From a bacterium (GTDB lineage Bacteria; JADJOY01), in contig JAXLQJ010000007.1 of assembly GCA_046331705.1 (NCBI GenBank), positions 1 to 64,000 of the forward strand: 64,000 nt of DNA. The letters run 5' to 3'. This document shows positions 1-11,570 of the stretch, one piece after another (within the stretch, counting starts at the first letter, position 1; each line of letters starts with the position of its first letter). The notes beneath the pieces were generated by a model. The model searched no databases. It was not told the DNA's origin and was given only the letters and a program-made list of their open reading frames with translations. The position numbers and the translations under genes are program-made.

Positions 1-1183
1 GCTCGCGGGCCGCCGCCGCCATCCGTGCCCGCAGCTCGGGCTCGCGCACCACCCGCGCCACGGCCTCCACCAGCTCGCGGTCGCTCGCGGCGAGCAGCCC
101 GTCGCGCTCGTGGGTCACGAGCTCGGGCGTGCCCCCCGTCGCGAACGCCACCACCGGCGTGCCCAACGCGCCCGCCTCCAGGAGCAACCGGCTCAGCGGC
201 TCGGGCCATCGCGACGGCAGCACCAGCGCCCGCGCGTGGGCGATCCAGCCGAGAGCTTCGTCGTTCGGCACCTCGCCGAGCCGCACGAGTGGCGCGCCCG
301 CGCTGCTCGCCGCGTCGATCGCGCCCGCGAGCGGCCCGTCGCCGAGGACCACGAGCTGGCCGCCCGAGGGCAGCGCGCGCGCGATCTGCGCCAGCAGATC
401 GGCGCCCTTCTCGCGATTGAGCTTGCCCGCGAACACGACGTAGGGCCCGTCCGGCGCCGCTGGCGGGCGCGGCCGGGCGTCGACGGGCCGCGGCGGCAGG
501 TTCGCGAGGACCTCGATGGGCGCACGCACGCCCGCCGCCCGCAACGCTTCGGCGACGTAGCGACTGACCGCGATCACCCGCCCGAAGCCGTCGAGGGCAT
601 GCGTTCGTCGCCGCGTGGCCCAGAGCCCGATCGGCACGGCGGGAGCCAGCGCCCAGCCCGCCCTTCCGTAGCGGTCGGCGAAGCAGCTCGCCAGGGCGAG
701 CGGCGAGCAGCCCGGGCAGATCGCTCCCGCGGTGAAGCGCGTGGTGCGCAGGCAGATCGGCGCGTAATCGCGCACCGTCGCGACGCGCCCGATGCCCGCT
801 CGCCTTCCCGCGCGCGCGACGGCAGCGAAGTTCGACCCCTGCTGCGCGTGCAGGACGTCCGGCCGCGCGGTCGCCACGTGCGCCGCGATCGCCCGTTCGA
901 GCGCGCGGTCGCGCACCAGCGCCCGGTGGAGATCGCGCAGCGCGGGCACGGCGAGCTCGGGTACCTCGAGGCGCTGCACGGAGATCCCGTCCACGTCGTC
1001 TTCGCGGATGCGCGGCCGGCGTCCCACGACCCGATGCAGGACCCCGACCTCGGCACCGGCCTCGCGCAGGCCGCGGGCGAGCGCCGCGACGCTATGACCG
1101 CTTCCGCCGCAGCGCGGCGGAAACGAATCGGTGATCAGGAGCACTCGCACGCGGGGATCGCCGCTCGGCGCGGCGCTGCTCAC
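1..1183 (-). CDS. Glycosyltransferase family 4 (3' end runs off the window)
   Basis: Hand translation from a GTG overlapping the icmF stop gives RVLLITDSFPPRCGGSGHSVAALARGL...VFAGKLNREKG...LVLPSRWPEPLSRLLLEAGALGTPVVAFATGGTPE (GT-B ExxxxxxxE motif). It is missing from the ORF track because no stop lies in the window. Confidence 0.9.
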   Translation of the reverse strand, partial: MSSAAPSGDPRVRVLLITDSFPPRCGGSGHSVAALARGLREAGAEVGVLHRVVGRRPRIREDDVDGISVQRLEVPELAVPALRDLHRALVRDRALERAIAAHVATARPDVLHAQQGSNFAAVARAGRRAGIGRVATVRDYAPICLRTTRFTAGAICPGCSPLALASCFADRYGRAGWALAPAVPIGLWATRRRTHALDGFGRVIAVSRYVAEALRAAGVRAPIEVLANLPPRPVDARPRPPAAPDGPYVVFAGKLNREKGADLLAQIARALPSGGQLVVLGDGPLAGAIDAASSAGAPLVRLGEVPNDEALGWIAHARALVLPSRWPEPLSRLLLEAGALGTPVVAFATGGTPELVTHERDGLLAASDRELVEAVARVVREPELRARMAAAARE

Positions 1184-4100
1184 ATCGAGCGACGGTACTG
1201 TCCGCCGACGCCGTAGAGCACCTGCGAGATCTGTCCGAGACTCGCGACCTTCACGGTCTCCATGAGCTCGGCGAAGACGTTGCCGCCTTCGAGCGCCACC
1301 TTCCGCAGGCGATCCAGCGCGGCGCGCGCCCGATCGCGGTGGCGGTCCTGGAACGCAGCCAGCTCGCGCACCTGGCTCGCCTTCTCCTCGTCCGAGGACC
1401 GGATCAGCTCGCGTACGCCGCCCACCGCGGACTCGCGATCGGGATGGAGGAACGTGTTCACGCCCACGATCGGCAGCTCGCCCGAGTGCTTGAGCGTCTC
1501 GTAGTGCAGGCTCTCGTCCTGGATGCGGCCGCGCTGGTACATCGCCTCCATCGCGCCGAGCACGCCGCCGCGATCGCTGAGCCGCTCGAACTCGGCGAGC
1601 ACCGCTTCTTCCACCCGGTCGGTCAGCTCCTCGATGAAGAACGAGCCCTGCAGCGGGTTCTCGTTCTTGGCCCACCCCAGCTCACGATTGATGATGAGCT
1701 GGATGGCCAGCGCGCGGCGGACCGATTCCTCGGTGGGCGTGGTGACGGCCTCGTCGTACGCGTTCGTGTGCAGGCTCTGACAGTTGTCGAAGATCGCGTA
1801 GAGCGCCTGCAGCGTCGTGCGGATGTCGTTGAAGTCGACCTCCTGCGCGTGCAGGCTCCGGCCGCTGGTCTGGATGTGGTACTTGAGCATCTGCGAGCGC
1901 TCGTTGGCGCCGTAGCGCTCGCGCATCGCCACCGCCCAGATGCGGCGCGCCACCCGGCCCAGCACCGCGTATTCCGCGTCCAATCCGTTCGAGAAGAAGA
2001 ACGAGAGATTGGGCGCGAAGTCGTCCACCGCGAGGCCGCGCGCCCGGTAGTACTCGACGTAGGTGAAGCCGTTGGCCAGCGTGAACGCGAGCTGGGTGAT
2101 GGGGTTCGCGCCAGCCTCCGCCATGTGGTAGCCGCTGATCGAGACGCTGTAGAAGTTCCGCACGTCGTTCTCGACGAAGTACTGCTGCACGTCGCCCATC
2201 AGCTTGAGGGCGAAGTCGGTCGAGAAGATGCAGGTGTTCTGAGCCTGGTCTTCCTTGAGGATGTCCGCCTGCACCGTGCCCCGCACCTGCGCGAGGACGC
2301 GGCAGCGGATCTCCTGGTACTCCGCGCGCGGCAGAACGCGATCTCCGCTCGTGCCGAGGAGCGCGAGACCGCTACCGTCGTGCCCAGCGGGTAGCTCGCC
2401 GCGATAGGTCGGCGGCTCGCCACCGGCCTCCGCGCGGGCCGCGGCGATGGCGGCCTCCAGCCGGCCGGTCTCGCGGAGCCGCTTCTCCACCGCCTGATCG
2501 ATGGCGGTGTTGAGGAACATCGCGAGGATCGCGGGCGCCGGCCCGTTGATGGTCATCGAGACGCTCGATTTGGGCGACACCAGGTCGAAGCCCGAGTAGA
2601 GCCGCTTGGCGTCGTCGAGCGTGCACACGCTGACCCCGCTGTTGCCGATCTTGCCCCAGATGTCGGGGCGCTCGGCGGGGTCGTCGCCGTAGAGCGTCAC
2701 CGAGTCGAAGGCCGTCGAGAGCCGCACCGCGGGCAGGCCACGGCTCACGTAGTGGAAGCGACGGTTGGTGCGCTCGGCGGTCCCCTCGCCGGCGAACATG
2801 CGGGTCGGGTCTTCTTCGGCGCGCTTGAACGGGAAGACGCCGGCGGTGAACGGGAAGCGGCCGGGCACGTTCTCGATGCCGAGCCAGCGCGCGAGCGGCC
2901 CCAGCGACTCGCCGCGCGGCAACGATACCTTCGGCACGCGGCTGCCCGAGAGCGTTCGGTAGTCGTTGCGGATGGTGACCGCCTTGCCGCGGACGGTGAA
3001 CGTCGAGACGTCGGCGGCGTAGCTCTCGCGAAGCGAGCCCAGCTCGGCGATCTCGCGCTTGAGGCGCGGGTCGACGCTCTCGGTCAGCTCGGTGTAGCGA
3101 CGCTCCAGCTCGAGCACGACCGGATCGCGGTTCGACGCGTCCGTCGCGCTCGCGGGCAGCGCGGCGAGCGGGGAGCTGGGCGGCGACTCGCCGAGCTCGG
3201 CGAGCGCGACACCGAGGGCCTCGGCGCGTCCCACGATCTTCGCCTGGCGCTCGACGCTCGCACGATAGTCCCGGCAGGTCTCGGCGATCTCGGCCAGGTA
3301 GCGCACGCGGGCGTCGGGGACCACGGTGAGCGTGACGCCGCTGCGCAGCGGCGGCTCGCCCGGGTTCCAGTCGCCGGCGCCGATCTCGTCGACCTTGCGC
3401 ATCAGCGCCACGAAGAGCTTGTCGACGCCGGCGTCGCCGAATCGGCTCGCGATGGTGGAGAAGACCGGCATGTCCTCGGGAGCGAGGCTGGTGAGCCCGC
3501 GCACCCGACGCAGCTGCCGCCGCACCTCGCGCAAGGCGTCGGAGGCACCGCGTCGATCGGCCTTGTTGATGACCACCAGATCCGCGAGCTCGAGCATGTC
3601 GATCTTCTCGAGCTGCGAGGGCGCGCCGTACTCGGGCGTCATCACGTAGAGCGAGAGATCGGAGAGATCGACGACCTCGCTGTCGCCCTGCCCGATTCCC
3701 GCGGTCTCGAGGAGGATCAGATCGAAGCCGCTGGCGCGCAGCGCGAGCAGCGCGTCGCTCACCGCCGCGGAGGTGGCGAGATTCGCGCGGCGCGTGGCCA
3801 TCGAGCGCATGAAGACGCGCCCGCCGCGGGCGGCGTTCATGCGAATGCGGTCGCCAAGCAGCGCGCCGCCGGTACGGCGATGGGTGGGATCGACCGACAG
3901 CACGGCCACCGTACGCTCGGGGAAGCGATCGAGGATCCGCCGCAGCAGCTCGTCGGTCAGCGACGACTTGCCTGCCCCGCCGGTACCGGTGATGCCGAGG
4001 ATCGGCGCCACGCTCGCGGGAAGGCGCGCACGCAGCTCGTCGCGAAGCGCGGCCAGCCGCTCGGCGGTGGCGCTCGACGGGTCAGCGGTCCCCGCCTCCT

Positions 4101-4656
4101 CGAGCGCGCTGACGAAGCGCGCCAGCGTGCCCGGGTCGCGCGTGGCGAGCCCCGCGGGCACGCTCTCGGGAAGCGCCGGCGCGCCGCGCGCCACGTGGCT
4201 CAGCATGTCGCGGATCATCCCGACCAACCCGAGGCGGCGTCCGTCCTCGACCGAGTAGACGTGCGCGACTCCCGCGCGGTGCAACGCCTCGATCTCCTCC
4301 TCCACGATCACGCCGCCGCCGCCGCCGAAGACCCGGATGGAGCCGGCGCCGCGCTGCCGCAGCATCTCCACCATGTACGTGAAGAACTCGACGTGGCCGC
4401 CTTGGTACGACGACACCGCGATGCCGTGGGCATCCTCTTGGATCGCCGCCTCGACGATCTCTTCCACCGAGCGGTTGTGGCCGAGGTGGATCACCTCCGC
4501 TCCCTCCTGCTGGAGGATGCGGCGCATGATGTTGATCGAAGCGTCGTGGCCGTCGAAGAGCGAGGCCGCGGTGACGAACCTCGGGCGCTGCGCCACGCCG
4601 GCGGAGGCCGTGGAAGCCGCCGGGGAACGATCGGATGCTGTGCTGGGCGGGTTCAT
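1180..4656 (-). CDS. icmF: Fused isobutyryl-CoA mutase/G-protein chaperone IcmF
   Basis: N-terminal B12 domain (FDGHDASIN), MeaB-like GTPase (GTGGAGKSS, ETAGIGQ, NKAD) and C-terminal mutase barrel with DPTRMFAGEG (Phe at the specificity position). Confidence 0.95.
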   Translation of the reverse strand: MNPPSTASDRSPAASTASAGVAQRPRFVTAASLFDGHDASINIMRRILQQEGAEVIHLGHNRSVEEIVEAAIQEDAHGIAVSSYQGGHVEFFTYMVEMLRQRGAGSIRVFGGGGGVIVEEEIEALHRAGVAHVYSVEDGRRLGLVGMIRDMLSHVARGAPALPESVPAGLATRDPGTLARFVSALEEAGTADPSSATAERLAALRDELRARLPASVAPILGITGTGGAGKSSLTDELLRRILDRFPERTVAVLSVDPTHRRTGGALLGDRIRMNAARGGRVFMRSMATRRANLATSAAVSDALLALRASGFDLILLETAGIGQGDSEVVDLSDLSLYVMTPEYGAPSQLEKIDMLELADLVVINKADRRGASDALREVRRQLRRVRGLTSLAPEDMPVFSTIASRFGDAGVDKLFVALMRKVDEIGAGDWNPGEPPLRSGVTLTVVPDARVRYLAEIAETCRDYRASVERQAKIVGRAEALGVALAELGESPPSSPLAALPASATDASNRDPVVLELERRYTELTESVDPRLKREIAELGSLRESYAADVSTFTVRGKAVTIRNDYRTLSGSRVPKVSLPRGESLGPLARWLGIENVPGRFPFTAGVFPFKRAEEDPTRMFAGEGTAERTNRRFHYVSRGLPAVRLSTAFDSVTLYGDDPAERPDIWGKIGNSGVSVCTLDDAKRLYSGFDLVSPKSSVSMTINGPAPAILAMFLNTAIDQAVEKRLRETGRLEAAIAAARAEAGGEPPTYRGELPAGHDGSGLALLGTSGDRVLPRAEYQEIRCRVLAQVRGTVQADILKEDQAQNTCIFSTDFALKLMGDVQQYFVENDVRNFYSVSISGYHMAEAGANPITQLAFTLANGFTYVEYYRARGLAVDDFAPNLSFFFSNGLDAEYAVLGRVARRIWAVAMRERYGANERSQMLKYHIQTSGRSLHAQEVDFNDIRTTLQALYAIFDNCQSLHTNAYDEAVTTPTEESVRRALAIQLIINRELGWAKNENPLQGSFFIEELTDRVEEAVLAEFERLSDRGGVLGAMEAMYQRGRIQDESLHYETLKHSGELPIVGVNTFLHPDRESAVGGVRELIRSSDEEKASQVRELAAFQDRHRDRARAALDRLRKVALEGGNVFAELMETVKVASLGQISQVLYGVGGQYRRSM

Positions 4657-4723
4657 GACCCGATTATGGCCGCGCTCCGCGAAGCCCGGGAAGCAACCGC
4701 CGAGGCGCGACCTCGACCGCGCG

Positions 4724-5578
4724 TCAGCCGGGCTTGCGCGCCTCGACGAGCCAGCACGCCGAGGGCGCCACCACTCCCTCCGGCGAGGCGAAGGGAACCA
4801 GCGCCTCGCGCATCGCCGCGCGCGCCGCGGCGGCCTGCTCCGCCGGCGCGTCGCTCACGAGCTTCGCCATCGGCCCTGCCGCGGTCATGAAGTCGACCAC
4901 CGCGTCGACGTCGCTGCCCCCGCCGAAGCGAAACGGCATGCGCAGATCCTCGATTCGGGGCGGCGCGAAGCCGGCCTGAACGAGCAGGCTCTCGACTCGA
5001 TCGCCGGCGCCGAGGGAGAACGGTCCCGGCGCGTCCGGCGCAGGCGGCTTGGGGATCTCGATGACGCTCGCCACCGCCGCCATGAGGCGCGCGAACCAGG
5101 GGTTCACCTCGCGCCCCTGCCACGCGAGGAACACGAATCGCCCGCCGGGGCGCAGCGCGTGCGCCAGGTTGCGAAACGCCGCCGCGGGCTCGACGAAGAA
5201 CATCACGCCGAAGCGCGAGCACATGGCGTCGAACCGTCCCGCCGCGTACGGATACGTCTGGGCGTCGGCGTGCTCGAAGCGAAGGTGCGCGATCCCGGCG
5301 CCGCGCGCTGCGGCGATGGCGAGCATCGGCTGGGAGATGTCCACTCCCAACACCTCGCCGCGGGGGCCCACGCGACCCGCCAGCTCGAGCGAGGTCGTGC
5401 CGCAGCCGCAGCCGACGTCGACGATGCGCTCGCCCGACGCTGGCGCCAGGCGCTCCACCAATCGCTCGCTGAAGGGGGCGAGCTGCCGATCGAGCTCCTC
5501 GCGGTGCTCGACCCAGCGGGGTCCTGCTTCCTCGTTCCAGTGACGGGCTTGCTCGTGGCTCGGATCGGGTGTCGTCAT
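4724..5578 (-). CDS. Class I SAM-dependent methyltransferase
   Basis: C-terminal part of the 1027-aa ORF, from MTTPDPSHEQARHWN; motifs IVDVGCGCG, GVDIS, SRFGVMFF. Confidence 0.9.
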   Translation of the reverse strand: MTTPDPSHEQARHWNEEAGPRWVEHREELDRQLAPFSERLVERLAPASGERIVDVGCGCGTTSLELAGRVGPRGEVLGVDISQPMLAIAAARGAGIAHLRFEHADAQTYPYAAGRFDAMCSRFGVMFFVEPAAAFRNLAHALRPGGRFVFLAWQGREVNPWFARLMAAVASVIEIPKPPAPDAPGPFSLGAGDRVESLLVQAGFAPPRIEDLRMPFRFGGGSDVDAVVDFMTAAGPMAKLVSDAPAEQAAAARAAMREALVPFASPEGVVAPSACWLVEARKPG

Positions 5579-5737
5579 GACCGGCGAGCGTAACAGCGTC
5601 GCTCGGAATTCGAGCGCCCGCGGCGCACCTCGCGGCGCGTTGTCTGGACCGGGGGTCCCTGCTAGCTTCGCGACACAGCGCGTTATCCGTCGTTCCATCG
5701 TCGTTCGTCGCGTTTCGCCGCGGAGGAGAAACACCCC

Positions 5738-7870
5738 GTGAGCCCGACCGATCTCGTGGTGCGTCCGCTGTTCGCGGAGTTCCCGCCACCCACCGAAGGC
5801 GACTGGCGTGAAGCAGCGCGCGCCGAGCTGGGTGGCAAGACCGTCGAAGAGAAGCTCGGCGACAGGAAGCTCGACGGCATCCCGATCCAGCCGATCTACA
5901 CCCGCAGCGCCGAGGCCGGCCTGCCGCACCTCGGCAGCCGTCCGGGCTCGGCGCCGTTCGTGCGGGGCGGCCGCGGCGAGCCGGGCCCCTGGGCGGTTCG
6001 CGTGGACGTCGATGAGGCGCGCCCCGCCCAAGCGGCCGCGCGAGTGGCCGCCGAGCTGGACGGCGGCGCGACGGAGATCGCCGTGCTCGCCGATCGCGCG
6101 GCGCGCGGCGAGCTCGATCCGCACGATGCCCGCAGCAGGGGCGCGGTCGGCGAGGACGGCGTGTCGATCGCCACGTGCGCCGATCTCGATGCCATCGTGG
6201 CCGTGCTCGATCCGAGCGCGCACGCGCTGGTGATCGCCACCGGCGCGGCACCGCTCGGCCTCGCGGCGCGCGCGATCGCCAGCCTGGGCACCCGCTCGGC
6301 GTCGCTCGATTCGCTCACCGTCGCCGCCGATCCGCTCGGCGCGCTCGCGGCGAGCGGAACGAGCCACGCGCCACTCGACGCCGCTTACGGCGAGCTCGCC
6401 GCGCTGGCGCGCTGGGCGGCGCGCCACGGCTCGGCTCTTCGCGTCGCCGTCGCATCGGGTGCGCCCTACCACGACGCGGGAGCGTCCGTGGACCAGGAGT
6501 TGGGCCTCGCGGTCGCGGCCGCGGTCGAGTACCTGCGGGCGCTCGTCGACCGCGGCGTGCCCGCGCCCGAGGCCGCGCGGCGGATCGCGTTCTCGTTTCC
6601 GGTGGGAACGCGACTCTTCCTCGAGGCCGCCAAGCTGCGTGCCGCGCGACTCGTGTGGGGACAGGTACTGGCGGCGTTCGACTGCGAGGCGGCCGCCGCC
6701 CGAGTTCGCATCCACGCAACCACCTCGCGCCGCAGCGAGACCGAGTTCGATCCGTGGGTGAACATGATCCGCGGCACCGTGGAGGCGTTCGCGGCGGTCG
6801 TGGGCGGCGCGGACAGCGTGTCGGTCGCGCCCTTCGATCACGCCCTGCGGCCGAGCGACGGCCACTCGCAACGGGTGGCGCGCAACACCCACGCGTTGCT
6901 GCGCGACGAAAGCCACCTCGCCAAGGTGCAAGATCCCGGCGGCGGCTCGTATTTCGTCGAAAGCCTCACGGACGCGATCGCGCGCAAGGCGTGGGGCGTG
7001 CTGCAGCAGATCGAGAAGGAAGGCGGCCTGGCGGCGGCGTTGGCGAGCGGTCGAGCCCAAGCGCTGGTGGTTGCGCGCAGCGGCGAACGGCGCGCGGCGG
7101 CGAGCAAGCGACTCGAACCGCTCATCGGCGTCTCCAAGTTTCCGAATCTCGGGGAGCAGCGGCCGGCGCGCTCGCCCTGCGATCGCAAGGCGCTGCGCGA
7201 GGAGCGGATCGCCGACCTGTCGCGACAGCGAGCCGCGCTCGACGCGGACCGGCTCGTCGCGGCCTTGGCCGCGCTGGCCGCGGAGCGCGATCCGGTGGCG
7301 CGGGTCGAGAAAGCCATCGCCGCCGCGGCGAGCGGCGCGACCCTCGGCTAGCTGCGCGGCGCGCGCTGCACCGACGCCGCGTCCGGCCCCTCCATCGAGG
7401 CGCTCGTGGCGGAGCGCGCCGCCGCCGGTTTCGAGCGGCTGCGGCGTGCGTCGGAAGCGGTCCTCGCACGAACCGGCGAACGACCGCGCGTGCTCGCCGC
7501 CGCCACCGACGCGGGCAAGCGCGCCAAGGCCAAGCTCGGCTTCGCCCGCGAGGTGCTGGAAGTGGCCGGCCTTAAGGTGGTGACCCGGGATGGCCTCGGA
7601 GATGGCGCCGCCATCGCGGCGGCGTATGCCGAGGCGGCGGCGCAAGCGGTCGCGCTCTCGCCCGCCGACGACCTGGACGGCGACCGAGTGGTGGCGCTCC
7701 TCGACGCGATCGGCGCGGCGCTGGGCGCGGTGCCGATCGCCCTCGTCGGCAAGGTCCAGGCCGGCGCCACGAGCCACGCGCGCATCGAGTCGCTGCCCCG
7801 GCTGCATGCCGGCGCCAACCTGGTCGAGGCACTCGCTTCCCTCGAACGCGCGATGGGGGTGTCGTCATGA
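5738..7870 (+). CDS. mutA: Methylmalonyl-CoA mutase small (non-catalytic) subunit, interrupted by one in-frame TAG at 7349-7351
   Basis: RBS GGAGGAG before the GTG; motifs [55 protein letters not shown] 7406-7870 is in the same frame and supplies the degenerate B12-binding domain. The stop overlaps the mutB ATG (ATGA). Confidence 0.85.
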
Positions 7871-10038
7871 GCCGGACCCAGCCCAAGCCGCATCCCGATC
7901 TCGCCAGCCTCGACTACGCGCCCCGAGTGGCGCCCGCCGCCGCCTCGCCCGCGGTGGCGAGCGATCCCTGGCACACCGCCGAGGAGATCGCGGTGAAGGC
8001 GCTCTATACCGAGGGCGACCGCGCCGGGCTCGAGCACCTCGACTACCTCTCGGGCCTCGCGCCGTTCCTGCGCGGCCCCTACGCGACGATGTATCTGGAA
8101 CGGCCGTGGACGATCCGCCAGTACGCCGGCTTCTCCACCGCCGAGGAATCGAACGCGTTCTATCGCCGCAATCTCGCCGCCGGGCAGAAGGGGCTCAGCG
8201 TCGCCTTCGACCTCCCCACCCACCGCGGCTACGACTCCGACCACCCGCGGGTGATCGGAGACGTGGGCAAGGCGGGAGTGGCGATCGACTCGATCCTCGA
8301 CATGAAGATCCTGTTCGATCAGATCCCGCTCGGCGAGATGTCGGTGTCGATGACCATGAACGGCGCGGTCATCCCGATCCTGGCCAACTACATCGTCGCG
8401 GCCGAGGAGCAAGGAGTGGCCACCTCCCAGCTCACCGGCACGATCCAGAACGACATCCTCAAGGAGTTCATGGTCCGCAACACGTACATCTATCCGCCCG
8501 AGCCTTCGATGCGGATCATCGCGGACATCTTTTCCTACACCGCCGAGCACATGCCGAAGTTCAACTCGATCTCGATCTCCGGCTACCACATGCAAGAGGC
8601 CGGCGCCTCCGCGGATCTGGAGCTCGCCTACACGCTCGCCGACGGTCTGGAATACCTGCGCACCGGTCTCGCCACGGGCTTGAAGGTCGACGAGTTCGCG
8701 CCGCGGCTCTCGTTCTTCTGGGCCATCGGCATGAACTTCTTCATGGAAGTGGCGAAGATGCGCGCCGCGCGGCTCTTGTGGGCGAAGATCGTCCAGCAGT
8801 TCCAGCCCAAGAACCCGCGCAGCCTGTCCCTGCGCACCCATTGCCAGACCAGCGGCTGGAGCCTCACCGAGCAGGACCCGTACAACAACGTGGTGCGCAC
8901 CACCATCGAGGCGATGGCCGCCGCCCTCGGCCACACCCAGTCGCTCCACACCAATGCCCTCGACGAGGCCATCGCGCTGCCCACCGATTTCTCGGCGCGC
9001 ATCGCCCGCAACACCCAGCTGGTGCTCCAGGAGGAGACGGATTTCACCAAGACCGTGGATCCGTGGGGCGGGAGCTACTACGTCGAGAAGCTCACCCACG
9101 ACCTCGCCCACCGTGCGTGGGACCTGATCCAGGAGGTCGAGAAGCTCGGTGGGATGGCCAAGGCGATCGAGGACGGCTTGCCCAAGATGCGGATCGAGGA
9201 GGCGGCGGCCCGCAAGCAGGCGCGCATCGACGCCGGGCTCGACGTGATCGTGGGCGTCAACCGCTACCCGGCGAAGGACGACGTCCCGCTCGACATCCTG
9301 GAGATCGACAACTCGGCGGTGCGCGAGGCCCAAGTCGCGCGCCTCGCCAAGCTGCGCGCCGAGCGCGACTCCGCGAAGGTGGACGCGGCGCTGAACGCCA
9401 TCACGCGCGCTGCCGAGACGAAGAGCGATAATCTCCTCGCGCTGGCCGTCGACGCCGCCCGCGCCCGCGCCAGCGTGGGCGAGATCTCGCTGGCGATGGA
9501 GAAGGTCTACGGCCGGCACGAGGCGACCTTGCGCGTGATCTCGGGTGTCTACCGCGCCGAAGCGCAGAGCACGGACGCGTTCCAGCGGGTGCGCGAGAAG
9601 GCTGCGCGCTTCGAGCGCGAGCACGGCCGCCGGCCGCGCATCCTGGTCGCCAAGATGGGACAGGACGGTCACGATCGCGGCCAGAAGGTGATCGCCACCG
9701 CGTTCGCCGATCTGGGCTTCGACGTGGACCTGGGGCCGCTCTTCCAGACCCCCGAGGAGACCGCGCGCCAAGCCATCGAGAGCGACGTCCACCTCGTCGG
9801 CGTGAGCTCCCAGGCCGGTGGGCACCGCACGCTGGTGCCGGCGCTCATCGACGAGCTCGCCAAGCACGGGCGCGAGGACATCGGCGTGGTGGCGGGAGGC
9901 GTGATTCCGGCCAAGGACTATGCCGCGCTCGAGAAGGCGGGAGTCGTGGCGATCTTCGGGCCCGGCACCGCGATCCCGGCGGCGGCGGAGGCGTTGCTCG
10001 ACGAGGTCGAGAAGCGACTCGCCGGCGGCTCGGCGTAG
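7867..10038 (+). CDS. scpA: Methylmalonyl-CoA mutase large catalytic subunit (MutB/ScpA)
   Basis: [11 protein letters not shown] (Tyr specificity residue), [20 protein letters not shown] (DxHxxG B12 ligand motif). Confidence 0.97.
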   Translation: MSRTQPKPHPDLASLDYAPRVAPAAASPAVASDPWHTAEEIAVKALYTEGDRAGLEHLDYLSGLAPFLRGPYATMYLERPWTIRQYAGFSTAEESNAFYRRNLAAGQKGLSVAFDLPTHRGYDSDHPRVIGDVGKAGVAIDSILDMKILFDQIPLGEMSVSMTMNGAVIPILANYIVAAEEQGVATSQLTGTIQNDILKEFMVRNTYIYPPEPSMRIIADIFSYTAEHMPKFNSISISGYHMQEAGASADLELAYTLADGLEYLRTGLATGLKVDEFAPRLSFFWAIGMNFFMEVAKMRAARLLWAKIVQQFQPKNPRSLSLRTHCQTSGWSLTEQDPYNNVVRTTIEAMAAALGHTQSLHTNALDEAIALPTDFSARIARNTQLVLQEETDFTKTVDPWGGSYYVEKLTHDLAHRAWDLIQEVEKLGGMAKAIEDGLPKMRIEEAAARKQARIDAGLDVIVGVNRYPAKDDVPLDILEIDNSAVREAQVARLAKLRAERDSAKVDAALNAITRAAETKSDNLLALAVDAARARASVGEISLAMEKVYGRHEATLRVISGVYRAEAQSTDAFQRVREKAARFEREHGRRPRILVAKMGQDGHDRGQKVIATAFADLGFDVDLGPLFQTPEETARQAIESDVHLVGVSSQAGGHRTLVPALIDELAKHGREDIGVVAGGVIPAKDYAALEKAGVVAIFGPGTAIPAAAEALLDEVEKRLAGGSA

Positions 10039-10154
10039 CCCGCTCCACCGCAAAGCTTCGCGGCCGCGCGGTCGCGCGAACGAGACGGACCGCCGCCGCG
10101 AGACACTTCCATGACACCCGATCGCCGGCCCAACGCCGAGACCGAGAACCCGCG

Positions 10155-11540
10155 ATGACGCTCGTTCATCCTCGAACCCACGTGCGATGGCGCGCAGCCG
10201 CCCTCGCGATCCTGATGCCTTGGGCTCTGGGCGTCGTCGTCGCCGACGTCGCTAGCGCCGAGCCGGTGGTGCCGGTGACCTCGGTCTTCAGCTCGCCACC
10301 GAGTCCGGTGGGCGCCGGGGCGCGCGCGACGGGGCTGGGCTCGGCGTTCATCGGCCTGGCGGACGACGCCACCGCAGCGTCCTGGAACCCCGGAGGCCTC
10401 ACTCAACTCCAGCGGCCGGAGATGTCCGTGGTCGCTCGTGCGACCACTCAGCTCGACCGGATCGGCGCGGGCGAGCGCACGGCGGTGGTGAACGACATCG
10501 AGACGCGGTTCACGGCCCAGGGCGAAACCGACTCCGTCGCCGACGCCTCGCTCGACTACCTGAGCGCCGCGATCCCGCTCTCGCTCTCCGGCCGGAACGT
10601 GGTGCTCTCGCTCAATTACCAGCAACTCTACGCATTCCAGGGCGATTACCACTTCCACTCGGGTTCGCTCGACGCGCAGACGACGGCCACGGTGGACACG
10701 CACCTGGTGCAGAGGGGAACCGTCGATGGGATCACCGCCGCCGGTGCGATCGAACCCATCGCCGGCCTGTCGATCGGGATCGCGCTCAACTTCCTTCGCG
10801 ACGGGCTGAGCCACCCCTTCGCCTGGCGCCAGTACTACGCGGATTCGGGTTCGCTGGTCTTCTCGGACGGAAGCGAGCCGGTGGTCTTCGACTCCCAGTC
10901 GCGAGTCACCTACAAGAACTTCACGGGCTACAACACCTCGTTCGGGGCGCTCTGGCAGGTGGGCGGAGGCGTGGCGCTCGGTGCGGTGTACAAGATGGGA
11001 TTTCGCGCCCATTCCGAGCGCGTCCTCGAGTTCCTACCGAGCGGCGACAAGTTTCGCGACGGGCCGCGCTTCGATTTCCCGCCGGCGTACGGAGCGGGCA
11101 TGAGCTGGCGCCCGACCGACGCCTTCACCGTTTCCACGGACTTCACGTTCGTCGATTGGGGACAGTTCCGATCCATCGACGCCTCGGGCGCGGAGACACT
11201 GGTCACCGGCGACCGCGCGACCGAGCACTCGACGGACGGCGTGTTCACCGAGCGCTTGGGAGCGGAGTACGTCTGGACGATCTCGTCGACACGCGTCGCG
11301 GCGCGAGGCGGCGTGTTTCACGACCCGGAGCCATCACGCGGCGCGCCCCATTCGTTCTACGGCGGCAGCGTCGGGCTGGGCGTGACCTTGTCACGCATGA
11401 GCATCGATCTCGCCTACCAAGGCCGCTTCGGTCTGGACGTCGAGAGCAGCACGGTGGCGACGCAGTTCATCCAGATCCCCGAAGTGCAGACGGACAAGGT
11501 GCAACACACCTTCTATCTCTCGATCGTCGAGTATTGGTGA
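10155..11540 (+). CDS. OmpP1/FadL-family outer-membrane beta-barrel transporter
   Basis: Signal peptide; hatch motif GARATGLGSAFIGLADDATAASWNPGGL; amphipathic strands; C-terminal aromatic residue (EYW). Confidence 0.85.
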   Translation: MTLVHPRTHVRWRAAALAILMPWALGVVVADVASAEPVVPVTSVFSSPPSPVGAGARATGLGSAFIGLADDATAASWNPGGLTQLQRPEMSVVARATTQLDRIGAGERTAVVNDIETRFTAQGETDSVADASLDYLSAAIPLSLSGRNVVLSLNYQQLYAFQGDYHFHSGSLDAQTTATVDTHLVQRGTVDGITAAGAIEPIAGLSIGIALNFLRDGLSHPFAWRQYYADSGSLVFSDGSEPVVFDSQSRVTYKNFTGYNTSFGALWQVGGGVALGAVYKMGFRAHSERVLEFLPSGDKFRDGPRFDFPPAYGAGMSWRPTDAFTVSTDFTFVDWGQFRSIDASGAETLVTGDRATEHSTDGVFTERLGAEYVWTISSTRVAARGGVFHDPEPSRGAPHSFYGGSVGLGVTLSRMSIDLAYQGRFGLDVESSTVATQFIQIPEVQTDKVQHTFYLSIVEYW

Positions 11541-11570
11541 CGGGCGGACGCGGTTCTCGTGCTGGGCAGA

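Noticed and set aside
5579-5737. Possible cobalamin riboswitch upstream of mutA
   Set aside because: No B12-box or GCCACTG core recognised; only a short GCTCG/CGAGC hairpin.
7352-7400. PYLIS-like hairpin after the TAG
   Set aside because: Only weak GC pairing, no more than expected by chance, and no pyl genes in the window.
4724-10053. Very long antisense ORFs (1027 aa, 901 aa, and similar ones elsewhere such as 31455-33872)
   Set aside because: Shadow ORFs opposite real genes, expected at this GC content; only 4724-5578 has protein motifs.
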